DNA of 64,000 nt from a virus (IMGVR_UViG_3300020434_000055); one strand, 5' to 3'; positions 30,277 to 39,057 are shown, counted from the first letter of the stretch. The notes: generated from the sequence alone by a model not told the origin. Program-made: numbers and translations.

Positions 30277-32013
30277 ATGAGTTGGAAAAAATATTTTACG
30301 CAAGTACCAGTTAAAAACGCTTCAACAGGACAGTTGAGTCCAGTAGGAAGTACAGCAGGTATGCCATCAGGTCCTGCTAGAACAAACTATTCATCTTTTT
30401 TACCAGATGTATATAGTGGTGCACCTAATAGAATTGAAAGATACGGTCAATACAATGTAATGGATCTTGATTCTGAAGTTAATGCGGCTTTAGATATCTT
30501 AGCAGAATTTTGTTCACAATTAAACAAACAAAACGATGCTCCTTTCATATTTCATTTTAAACAAAAAGCAACTAGCACAGAAATTCAAATTATAAAACAA
30601 TATCTACAACAGTGGTGTAAATTAAACAATTTTAACAAAAGAATGTTTAAAATATTAAGAAATGTATTTAAATTTGGAGATGCATTTTTTATTAGAGATC
30701 CAGAAACTAAAAAATTATTCCATGTAGACCCAGCAAAAGTTAGTAAAATAATTGTAAATGAAAGTACTGGTAAAGAACCAGAGCAATATATTGTTAGAGA
30801 TATTAATTTTAATTTTAAACATTTAGTTGCAACAACACCTTTTCAAACAACAGGTAACGTTACTGGTGGAGGTAGTGGTTATCTTACAGGTGGAGTTAGA
30901 GGAATGGTTGGAGCAAACTATCAAGACTCTCCAGGAACAAGATTTCAACATGGACAAAGAGAAATTGCTGTAGCCGCCGAACATATGTTACACTTATCAT
31001 TAAGTGAAGGCTTAGATAACAACTTTCCATTTGGAAATAGTTTACTTGAAGCAATATTCAAAGTTTATAAACAAAAAGAATTACTAGAAGATGCAATTAT
31101 AATTTATAGAGTACAGAGAGCACCGGAAAGACGGGTATTCTATATTGACGTAGGTAATATGCCAAGTCACCTTGCAATGCAATTCGTTGAAAGAGTTAAG
31201 ACTGAAATCCATCAACGAAGAATTCCATCAGCAACAGGTGGCGGGCAAAACGTCATTGATAGTGCATATAATCCTTTATCAATAAATGAGGATTATTTCT
31301 TCCCACAAACAGCAGAAGGAAGAGGATCTAAAGTAGAAACACTACCAGGTGGTACTAATTTAGGTGAAATAGATGATTTAAAATACTTTACAAACAAACT
31401 TGTAAGAGGTTTACGTATTCCTAGTTCATATTTGCCAACAGGCCCTGATGATTCACAACAATCATTTAATGACGGTAGAGTTGGAACAGCATATATTCAA
31501 GAATTAAGATTTAACAAATACTGTGAAAGATTACAAAATCTTATTGGAGATGACTTTAATGAAGAATTTAAAAAATATCTATTAGAAAAAGGTGTTAATA
31601 TAGATATTGCTATGTTTGATATTAAACTACAATTGCCTATAAACTTTGCAAGTTATAGACAAGCAGAAGTTGATAACAACAGAATATCTACATATGCACA
31701 ATTATCTGCTATTCCTTTTATATCTAAAAGATATGCTTTAGAAAGATTTTTAGGATTAACAAAAGAAGAAATGGCGGAAAATGAAAGATTGTGGAGAGAA
31801 GAAAATGATATAACACTCTCAACTAAACCTACATCAGCTTCGGGAGAATTAAGATCCGCAGGAATTAGTACAGCAGGAATACAAGCCGATCTAGCTGGAG
31901 CAGAAACAGAAGATCCTGAAGCAGGAGAGCCTGGTGCAGAAGGTCCTGCAGGTACTCCAACACCAACTCCAACTCCTGGAACAGCAGGTGGAACTCCGCC
32001 AGCAGGAGCATAA
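30277..32013 (+). CDS. gp20: Portal vertex protein, gp20-like
   Basis: RAPERRVFYIDVGNMP, EDYFFPQTAEGRGSKVETLPGG and ELRFNKYCERLQ are T4-type portal motifs. Confidence 0.95.
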   Translation: MSWKKYFTQVPVKNASTGQLSPVGSTAGMPSGPARTNYSSFLPDVYSGAPNRIERYGQYNVMDLDSEVNAALDILAEFCSQLNKQNDAPFIFHFKQKATSTEIQIIKQYLQQWCKLNNFNKRMFKILRNVFKFGDAFFIRDPETKKLFHVDPAKVSKIIVNESTGKEPEQYIVRDINFNFKHLVATTPFQTTGNVTGGGSGYLTGGVRGMVGANYQDSPGTRFQHGQREIAVAAEHMLHLSLSEGLDNNFPFGNSLLEAIFKVYKQKELLEDAIIIYRVQRAPERRVFYIDVGNMPSHLAMQFVERVKTEIHQRRIPSATGGGQNVIDSAYNPLSINEDYFFPQTAEGRGSKVETLPGGTNLGEIDDLKYFTNKLVRGLRIPSSYLPTGPDDSQQSFNDGRVGTAYIQELRFNKYCERLQNLIGDDFNEEFKKYLLEKGVNIDIAMFDIKLQLPINFASYRQAEVDNNRISTYAQLSAIPFISKRYALERFLGLTKEEMAENERLWREENDITLSTKPTSASGELRSAGISTAGIQADLAGAETEDPEAGEPGAEGPAGTPTPTPTPGTAGGTPPAGA

Positions 32014-32024
32014 ATATCGTTACA

Positions 32025-32264
32025 ATGATATTACGAGAGCTATTCTATTTTGATAAAGATTCTTTACAACCTGTAGATCAAAAAAACTACGAGGCGGGTG
32101 ATGATGATTCTATATTAGATATAGATGATACTAGAAAAACTAGACTAACTCTTAAACAAATCAACAAAGCACGAAGAGCCGGTGAGTTTCATAAAGAAGA
32201 ACAAGAGAAAGAATTAGATTTTGTTAGAACAATGTACGGCGCGGCAAATCAACCAGAGATGTAA
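32025..32264 (+). CDS. Hypothetical protein in the head module (79 aa)
   Basis: ORF directly after the portal with TAAATA 8 nt upstream; no function recognised. Confidence 0.7.
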   Translation: MILRELFYFDKDSLQPVDQKNYEAGDDDSILDIDDTRKTRLTLKQINKARRAGEFHKEEQEKELDFVRTMYGAANQPEM

Positions 32265-32267
32265 TCA

Positions 32268-32858
32268 ATGTCCATTGCTTTTGTATTAGGCAATGGTATG
32301 AGTCGGAAGGTAATTCCGCTAGAACCTTTGCGTGAAATAGGTAAACTCTACGGTTGTAATGCAATCTATCGAAATTTTACTCCTGACTATCTTATTGCAG
32401 TAGATTCTAAAATGGTGTTTGAAATCTGCGAAAAAGACATTCATCATAAAATAGAAACCTGGACTAATCCTAATAGATCATATAAACGATTCCAAAAATT
32501 AAATTTCTTTTCACCTAGCTTAGGTTGGAGCTCTGGACCTACTGCTCTTGGACTGGCTAGTAAGCATGGTCATAAGGTAATTTATATCCTAGGCTTTGAT
32601 TTCCACGGATCTCCTAGTGGTAAAATGAATAACATATACGCAGATAGTAAAAATTATAAAAAGAGTTCAGACGTAGCAACATATCACGGAAATTGGAACA
32701 GGCAAACTTGTATAACTTTACAAAAAAATCCGTCCAAAGAGTATATTAGAGTGGTCAGTGATAGAACATTAGAAGATTTTAAAACAAAAGATCTCGAAAA
32801 ATTTGCAAATTATCGAGAAATAACTGTCTCCAAGTTTAAAGAAAAGTACCATCTGTAA
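32268..32858 (+). CDS. MptE/Maf-like or sialyltransferase-like Rossmann-fold protein
   Basis: AFVLGNGMSR, YGCNAIYR, PDYLIAVD and WSSGPTAL..A...IYILGFD follow the DUF115/MptE-Cst-II-like pattern. Confidence 0.55.
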   Translation: MSIAFVLGNGMSRKVIPLEPLREIGKLYGCNAIYRNFTPDYLIAVDSKMVFEICEKDIHHKIETWTNPNRSYKRFQKLNFFSPSLGWSSGPTALGLASKHGHKVIYILGFDFHGSPSGKMNNIYADSKNYKKSSDVATYHGNWNRQTCITLQKNPSKEYIRVVSDRTLEDFKTKDLEKFANYREITVSKFKEKYHL

Positions 32859-32964
32859 AATTTGTTCAAAAAAGGGCCTTTTGGGCCTAAATCTACTCGT
32901 ATTTGCCCATTTAGAGTAAATAAATGGACGGACAGTCTAAAGAATCACTTAAAGGAGAAAACTA

Positions 32965-34038
32965 ATGTCAGATAAAAAAGAAACGGCTACTCCTGTTGAG
33001 TCAAAAAGCAAATTTGAGCAAATGCTCGAAAAAGTTGTTGCGGATGACAGAACAGGTGCGGACGACATATTCCACGAAATCGTGGTAGAAAAATCAAGAA
33101 AAATTTACGAAGACCTCTTAGAAGATGACATCAAAGAAGTTGATGTTCCTGAGGCTAGTAAGGACGAAAAAACAGCAGAAGCTACAACTACTGAAGCTAC
33201 AAAAGAAGACAAAGCTGAAGAAAAAGCAGATGCTAAAGAAGAAGATACAAAAGAAGCTACAAAAGAAGACGACAAGAAAGATGAAGAAGTAAAAGAAAAG
33301 TCTAAAGAAGATCAAAAAGACGAAAAAGCAACTTCAGAAACACTTGTTGACATTCAACCAGTAGAACAACCACAAAAGGTTGAACTGGCACCAGTAGCAA
33401 CACCAACACCAACAGAAGATGGCATAGGCGGTGACGCAACAGACGACATGGTCGGTGACATTGAAGTTGATAAAGACAATGGCGACGAAGCGCCTTCAGA
33501 TGGTGAAGACCTTGAAGATCGTGTAGTTGACCTTGAAGATGCAATTGACGAGCTAAAAGCTGAATTTGACGCAATGATGTCAGATGGTGGCGATGACGCA
33601 GAAGCTCCAGCAGACGACGAAGCTGGTGACGATGAAGAAGGCTCTGATGATGCAGAGGAAGAAGGTAATTTACCTACTTCCGAACTTGGAAGCGAAGAAC
33701 AAAAGATCGTTCCTAGAGTAGAAAGCAAACAAGCACAAGCTAAATCCCCTAGAGAAGAAATGAGAGAGTATGTTAATAAAGTATCAGCTAAAACATCTGA
33801 TGGTACAGACAATAGCAAATCTCCAGTTGCATCTAAAGGTGGAGCAAGTACAACTGAAGCTTCAGGTGTGAAAATATCTGGATCTGAAGAAAAAGGTGGA
33901 AAAGCGCCTAAGGCAAAACAAGAAGATGCTGGAAACGTTAATAAACCTGGTGCGAGTGCGGCTAAACTACACGCGGCCAAAGGCTCAACAGCTGACGGAA
34001 CTGATGGTTCTAGTAATAAATCAGCTATTGGCAGTTAA
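32965..34038 (+). CDS. Highly acidic prohead core/internal protein (gp67/gp68 position)
   Basis: D/E-rich low-complexity body with a K/S/G-rich tail, located just before the prohead protease; GGAG SD. Confidence 0.6.
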   Translation: MSDKKETATPVESKSKFEQMLEKVVADDRTGADDIFHEIVVEKSRKIYEDLLEDDIKEVDVPEASKDEKTAEATTTEATKEDKAEEKADAKEEDTKEATKEDDKKDEEVKEKSKEDQKDEKATSETLVDIQPVEQPQKVELAPVATPTPTEDGIGGDATDDMVGDIEVDKDNGDEAPSDGEDLEDRVVDLEDAIDELKAEFDAMMSDGGDDAEAPADDEAGDDEEGSDDAEEEGNLPTSELGSEEQKIVPRVESKQAQAKSPREEMREYVNKVSAKTSDGTDNSKSPVASKGGASTTEASGVKISGSEEKGGKAPKAKQEDAGNVNKPGASAAKLHAAKGSTADGTDGSSNKSAIGS

Positions 34039-34061
34039 TAAACTAGTAGGACATAGTATTG

Positions 34062-34694
34062 ATGATATCATTACGTGAGACGCTGACTTTCGACCAAGCT
34101 AAGATAGTCGTTGAAACGAAGGAAGAAAATAACGGGAAGTCCTTATACATGAAGGGCATTTGCATTCAAGGTGGTGTGAAAAACGCTAACCAAAGATTGT
34201 ACCCTGTAAGTGAAATCCATCGGGCTGTCAGTACACTTAACGACCAAATCGAGGGCGGTTATTCAGTGTTAGGCGAAGTGGATCATCCAGAAGGTCTTAC
34301 TATTAATTTGGATCGTGTTAGTCACATGGTTAATTCTATGTGGATGGACGGACCTAATGGTTACGGAAAATTAAAAGTATTACCAACGCCGATGGGACAA
34401 CTAGTAAAAACAATGCTTGAAAGCGGAGTTAAATTAGGAGTTTCATCGCGTGGTAGTGGTAACGTAAAAGAAGACGGCATGGGACCTTATGGTTCAGGTG
34501 AAGTAAATGACTTTGAAATTATCACAGTTGATATCGTAGCTCAACCAAGTGCTCCGGGAGCCTATCCAACTCCCATTTATGAGCATTTGTTAAATTCAAA
34601 AGGTGGATATAAGGCTTTAAATTTGGCAAGAGATAATGAGGCACAGAATTACTTAAAGGATAACTTGATTAATATAATCAACAAACTCCAATAA
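34062..34694 (+). CDS. gp21: Prohead maturation protease, gp21-like (U9/S80)
   Basis: NANQRLYP, LGEVDHP and LGVSSRGSG catalytic motifs. Confidence 0.93.
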   Translation: MISLRETLTFDQAKIVVETKEENNGKSLYMKGICIQGGVKNANQRLYPVSEIHRAVSTLNDQIEGGYSVLGEVDHPEGLTINLDRVSHMVNSMWMDGPNGYGKLKVLPTPMGQLVKTMLESGVKLGVSSRGSGNVKEDGMGPYGSGEVNDFEIITVDIVAQPSAPGAYPTPIYEHLLNSKGGYKALNLARDNEAQNYLKDNLINIINKLQ

Positions 34695-34714
34695 AAAAAA
34701 AGGAGACAACAATA

Positions 34715-35806
34715 ATGTTAGATGCACTGAAATCACTTTTTGAGAACGAAGCAATTTCGAAAGAGATCAGAGCGGAAATAGAATCAGCATGGGACAAAAA
34801 GATTGGTGAAAACCGTCTTGAAGTTACTGCGGAACTTAGAGAAGAGTTTGCAAAGAAGTATGAGCACGATAAAGCAACATTAACTGATGCCTTAGATGCC
34901 ATGGTTCAAGAAAAACTTGAAAAAGAAATCGCAGAGTTCGCCGATGACCGTAAACAACTTGCAGAGCAAAAAGCCAAGTATGCGGTTCATATGAAAGAAC
35001 ATTCAGATAGATTGAAAGCATTTGTTTTCGAACAATTAAAATCTGAAATTGCTGAATTACACGAAGACCAAAAAGTTATGGCAACTAATTTTGCTAAACT
35101 TGAGGACTTTGTGGTAGACGCTTTATCTAAAGAAATAGCGGAATTCCACGAAGATAAGAAAGACGTAACTGAAACAAAGGTACGTTTAATTCGTGAAGCA
35201 AAAGCACATTTTGAAAAAGTTAGACAAAAATTTATTCAGAAAGGTGCTTCAAAAGTATCAGAAATAGTTGGCAGACACTTGAAAAAAGAAATCAGCCAAT
35301 TAAAAGACGATATTGATGCATCACGTAAAAATGACTTTGGTCGTAGGTTGTTTGAGTCTTATGCACAAGAATATACTAATTCATTCTTGAATAGCAAATC
35401 TGAAACAGCTAAACTTTTAAAAGTTGTAGACGTAACAAAACAACAATTAGAAGACGCGAAAAGCACAGCCAACGAGAAAGAAAAAATCATCGATTCTAAA
35501 CAAGTTGAAATTGATGGTCTTAAAACTAAGGCTGAAAGAGAAGCTGTAGTTAACGAGTTAGTTAATCCGTTGAATACAGAACAAAAAGAAATAATGACAA
35601 ACTTACTGGAAAGCGTATCTACTGGAAAATTGCGTAAGCAATTTGACAAGTATATGCCCTCTGTAATAAATGGTAGGAGTCCAGCGAAAAAGGCAAGTTC
35701 AACTATAGGCACAGAAGTAACAGGCGACAAAATTCAAACAAACATTGGTAATGCGAGTCAATTCAATAGAAATATTGTAGATATAAAAAGACTTGCAGGA
35801 ATCTAA
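34715..35806 (+). CDS. gp22: Prohead scaffolding protein, gp22-like
   Basis: Coiled-coil, E/K-rich protein between gp21 and gp23. Confidence 0.8.
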   Translation: MLDALKSLFENEAISKEIRAEIESAWDKKIGENRLEVTAELREEFAKKYEHDKATLTDALDAMVQEKLEKEIAEFADDRKQLAEQKAKYAVHMKEHSDRLKAFVFEQLKSEIAELHEDQKVMATNFAKLEDFVVDALSKEIAEFHEDKKDVTETKVRLIREAKAHFEKVRQKFIQKGASKVSEIVGRHLKKEISQLKDDIDASRKNDFGRRLFESYAQEYTNSFLNSKSETAKLLKVVDVTKQQLEDAKSTANEKEKIIDSKQVEIDGLKTKAEREAVVNELVNPLNTEQKEIMTNLLESVSTGKLRKQFDKYMPSVINGRSPAKKASSTIGTEVTGDKIQTNIGNASQFNRNIVDIKRLAGI

Positions 35807-35822
35807 AAAGGAGAAAAATACA

Positions 35823-36986
35823 ATGTCAGAACTAACAGAAACTCGCTGGCAGGATACAAAGAGTGCGTTACTAGAAGGCCTATCAGGCAATAAAAAGTCT
35901 GTAATGGAAGCAACTTTAGAAAATACTAGAAAGTATATTTCTGAGGCGGCTACAGCTGGAGCAACTTCGGCTGGTAACGTAGCAACTTTAAATAGAGTGA
36001 TCCTACCGGTGATAAGACGGGTTATGCCGACTGTAATAGCTAACGAATTGGTTGGAGTTCAACCAATGACTGGCCCAGTTGGACAAATCCACACACTAAG
36101 AGTGAGATATGCTGATACAACAACAGGTGGTAGCACAACTACTACTGCTGGTGAAGAAGCACTATCTCCGTTTAAGATAGCAGAAGCTTATTCTGGAGCA
36201 AATCCATCTAATGCGGCATCAACAGCCACTTTAGAAGGTACTGCAGGTAAGAGGCTATCAATTCAAATCTTGAAACAGGTTGTAGAAGCCAAAACTAGAA
36301 AACTATCAGCTAGATGGACTTTTGAATCTGCTCAAGATGCTCAAGCACAACAAGGCGTTGACGTTGAAGCGGAAATCATGGCGGCATTAGCACAAGAAAT
36401 TACTGCTGAAATCGACCAAGAAGTAATAGGTTCTCTAAGAACTTTAGCTCCAACTGAAGAAACGTACAATCAAGCATCTGTATCAGGAACTGCTACATTT
36501 GTTGGTGATGAACACGCCGCTTTAGCTGTGTTAATTAACAGAGTAGCAAATAAAATAGCTCAACGTACAAGACGTGGTGCTGGTAACTGGACTGTTGTAA
36601 GTCCACAAGCACTTACAGTACTTCAATCAGCAACAACTTCAGCGTTCGCAAGAACAACTGAAGGAACTTTTGAAGCGCCAACTAACCAAAAATTAGTAGG
36701 AACTTTGAATGGCTCGATGAAGGTGTACGCTGACACATACGCGGCTGACGATACGGCTGTATTAGTAGGATATAAAGGCTCATCTGAAGCAGATGCCGCC
36801 GCTTTCTACTGCCCATACATTCCGTTAATGTCTTCAGGCGTTGTACTTGATCCAGGTACTTTCGAACCAGTTGTATCTTTTATGACTAGATACGGCTACG
36901 TAGAATTGTCAAACACTGCATCTTCACTAGGAAATGCGGCTGACTACTTGGGTGAAATCTCTGTAACAGGAGTTACATTCCAATAA
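35823..36986 (+). CDS. gp23: Major capsid protein, gp23-like (387 aa)
   Basis: Start at ATG 35823 after AAGGAG; VGVQPMTGP, RKLSARWT.E.AQD, EITAEIDQE, AFYCPYIPL and MTRYG motifs. Confidence 0.96.
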   Translation: MSELTETRWQDTKSALLEGLSGNKKSVMEATLENTRKYISEAATAGATSAGNVATLNRVILPVIRRVMPTVIANELVGVQPMTGPVGQIHTLRVRYADTTTGGSTTTTAGEEALSPFKIAEAYSGANPSNAASTATLEGTAGKRLSIQILKQVVEAKTRKLSARWTFESAQDAQAQQGVDVEAEIMAALAQEITAEIDQEVIGSLRTLAPTEETYNQASVSGTATFVGDEHAALAVLINRVANKIAQRTRRGAGNWTVVSPQALTVLQSATTSAFARTTEGTFEAPTNQKLVGTLNGSMKVYADTYAADDTAVLVGYKGSSEADAAAFYCPYIPLMSSGVVLDPGTFEPVVSFMTRYGYVELSNTASSLGNAADYLGEISVTGVTFQ

Positions 36987-37013
36987 GGATTGAGTAAATT
37001 AATTAAACAATAC

Positions 37014-37044
37014 GAAAAAAGGCGGCTTTATGTCGCCTTTTTTC
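37014..37044 (+). terminator. Intrinsic (probably bidirectional) terminator after gp23
   Basis: AAAAAAGGCGGC-TTTAT-GTCGCCTTTTTT stem with A- and T-runs. Confidence 0.85.
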
Positions 37045-37214
37045 ATGACTTCTTCATCAATTTCTAACATAGTTTTATACTAACATAATATTTTTATCCA
37101 TTAATTGCGGCATCTGTCAAAAATATAGTAGTTTTACTTCTAAAACTCTATACCTAAATAATGTCACGTTCCCAAGTTTTGGGAAAGTACTTTAAACGAA
37201 AAGGGAGGTCCATT

Positions 37215-37448
37215 ATGGATATTCTTAATAAAGTTAAAGGATGGGCAAAAGCATTAACCGATTTAGGCATAAGTTTACTTGCCATGGGAATCGTTTTTGA
37301 AATCCTATTCAACGGTCAAGGTATTCCGTTCTGGCCACACATTTCTGTGATAGGAAATGTTCAGGGCGTATTGCAAGGTTTTTCAGATCAAGGTCTGATG
37401 GGCTTGGTAGCAATATGGGTACTATATCATATCTTCAACAAGAAATAA
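37215..37448 (+). CDS. Small two-transmembrane protein (77 aa)
   Basis: ATG 37215 after GGGAGG SD; two hydrophobic stretches (LGISLLAMGIVFEILF; LMGLVAIWVLYHIF); late promoter at 37155-60. Confidence 0.75.
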   Translation: MDILNKVKGWAKALTDLGISLLAMGIVFEILFNGQGIPFWPHISVIGNVQGVLQGFSDQGLMGLVAIWVLYHIFNKK

Positions 37449-37475
37449 TATAGACATTTAGAATACTAACCTAAT

Positions 37476-37505
37476 CTTGGGTGGCGCTTCGATGTGCCAC
37501 CTAAG
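37476..37505 (+). terminator. Stable hairpin after the 2-TM gene (terminator or 3' stabiliser; no U-tract)
   Basis: CTTGGGTGGCGC-TTCGAT-GTGCCACCTAAG, a 12-bp stem including G-U pairs. Confidence 0.5.
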
Positions 37506-37624
37506 CCATTAATTATGATTACACTATTCATTTTATCTAAATTCGGAATCCAAATTTCAATATTTGTAATATTCACCAACATATTATCTAGCATATTAGG
37601 GTTTACTTTTTGGTAAATCAAAAC

Positions 37625-37652
37625 TTGACTTTTTACCAAAATACGTTATAAT
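37625..37652 (+). promoter_or_regulatory. Sigma70-type promoter for the lipoprotein-hemB pair
   Basis: TTGACT (37625-30), 16-nt spacer, TATAAT (37647-52); the ATG follows 6 nt later with no SD. Confidence 0.7.
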
Positions 37653-37658
37653 GTAACT

Positions 37659-37850
37659 ATGAAAACAATAGCTACATTATTTCTTTCATTGTTTGTACTA
37701 ACAGCTTGTTCAGTAAAAAATCCTGCATTAGATTTAGGCAAAAGATGTATGCAAAAAGGTGATCAAATTGTATATTCTTATCTTTGGGTTTATGACAAAG
37801 AAGCTGGAAATAAAGCAACAAAAGAAATGTGCGATCAAATCGCAGAATAA
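37659..37850 (+). CDS. Small lipoprotein (63 aa)
   Basis: Signal peptide MKTIATLFLSLFV with lipobox LTA-C17; two further Cys (possible disulfide). Confidence 0.8.
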   Translation: MKTIATLFLSLFVLTACSVKNPALDLGKRCMQKGDQIVYSYLWVYDKEAGNKATKEMCDQIAE

Positions 37851-37856
37851 AAATAA

Positions 37857-38666
37857 ATGGAATTAATCCAGCCCATCTTTGTCAACCAATCTGGTGAAAC
37901 ATATGAGGCTGGGTTAGGTCCAGACAATTCAAGTTATAGTCTTAAAGACATTAATAACAAAATTCAACAAGATATAAACGAAGGTGGAGAATCTTTTTTA
38001 CTATTCGTAGTCCCAAATAAAAAAACAAAAAATCCTGATTGGAAATTTAATGGTGAAGTAGTATCTCAAATTAAATCTAAATTTGGAAGTAAAGTAGAAT
38101 TGTTTACAGATATTTGTTTATGTTCTACAATGACAGATGGTCATTGTTGTGTAATAGATAATCCTAAAAAGACAGAAGAATTATTACAAAATCTTGCAAG
38201 TGTTTATTATAAAGCAGGTGCAGATTCTTTAGCCCCTTCTGATATGCAACCAAATACAGTTAAAAATATTAAACAAGAATTCCCTAAAGCTCACGTAACA
38301 AGTTATTCCACAAAATTTCGTAGTTCATTTTATAAAGGATTTAGACAAATTGCTGACAGTTCACCTAGTTCAAAAAGATTTTATCAATTAGATGTATCAA
38401 ATGCAGGAGCGGCCATTCAAAGTTCTATAAAATATGATAAAGACGGAGCAGATTTTTTAATGGTTAAGCCAGCAATGACATCATTGGATTTAATTGACAA
38501 AATAAAAATGGCTACACATAAGCCAGTAGGTGCATTTCAAGTATCTGGAGAGTATCTTGGACTAGCTGATGACGATCAATTGCTAGAAACCTATAAAGTG
38601 ATGAAAAGAGCCGAAATTGACTTTTTAATCTCATATGGTGCTAGAAAACTACTAAAACTGCTATAA
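37857..38666 (+). CDS. hemB: Porphobilinogen synthase (delta-aminolevulinate dehydratase), Zn-type, N-terminally shortened
   Basis: DICLCSTMTDGHC (CxCx7C Zn site), APSDM, SYSTKF (Schiff-base Lys 1), LMVKPA (Lys 2) and AFQVSGEY. Confidence 0.93.
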   Translation: MELIQPIFVNQSGETYEAGLGPDNSSYSLKDINNKIQQDINEGGESFLLFVVPNKKTKNPDWKFNGEVVSQIKSKFGSKVELFTDICLCSTMTDGHCCVIDNPKKTEELLQNLASVYYKAGADSLAPSDMQPNTVKNIKQEFPKAHVTSYSTKFRSSFYKGFRQIADSSPSSKRFYQLDVSNAGAAIQSSIKYDKDGADFLMVKPAMTSLDLIDKIKMATHKPVGAFQVSGEYLGLADDDQLLETYKVMKRAEIDFLISYGARKLLKLL

Positions 38667-38692
38667 TATTTTTATTGCTAGTAAATATTTGT

Positions 38693-38977
38693 ATGATACA
38701 AGAAATTGAAACAGAAGAACTATACAATCAGTATACAGAATACAGAAACAGACTAAATGTTTGGAAGAAAAACCATGGTTTGTTTATCAATGATATTATA
38801 AAATTAGAGAAGCACTTAGACAAATTATTAAATGAAAGACTAGATCATTTAATAATGTTAAGGCAAACTAAAAGACAAATGTACCAAGAACGTGCTGATC
38901 AAAAATTAATAGAAGCAATCAAATCCTTAAAATATTTCAGTAAAATAGAACTATTAGCCTCCCTTTCAAAGAACTAA
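38693..38977 (+). CDS. Hypothetical helical protein (94 aa)
   Basis: ATG 38693 lies 5 nt after TAAATA (38682-87); coiled-coil-like; no function recognised. Confidence 0.65.
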   Translation: MIQEIETEELYNQYTEYRNRLNVWKKNHGLFINDIIKLEKHLDKLLNERLDHLIMLRQTKRQMYQERADQKLIEAIKSLKYFSKIELLASLSKN

Positions 38978-39057
38978 ATACACTTGAACTAGACGCCTTG
39001 TCTGGTCTTATGCGGACAGAACCGCGTATAACATAGAACGTTAAAGGGAGAAAAAAA

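Noticed and set aside
32874-32888. Small GGGCC-TTTTG-GGCCT hairpin as a terminator
   Set aside because: The stem is weak (5 bp) and has no downstream U-tract.
37092-37120. Minus-strand TTGACA at 37120-37115
   Set aside because: There is no acceptable -10 box at 16-18 nt and no credible downstream gene.
37515-37616. 33-aa hydrophobic ORF MITLFILSKFGIQISIFVIFTNILSSILGFTFW
   Set aside because: It has no SD or promoter, T-rich DNA gives hydrophobic peptides by chance, and a competing minus-strand ORF is equally plausible.
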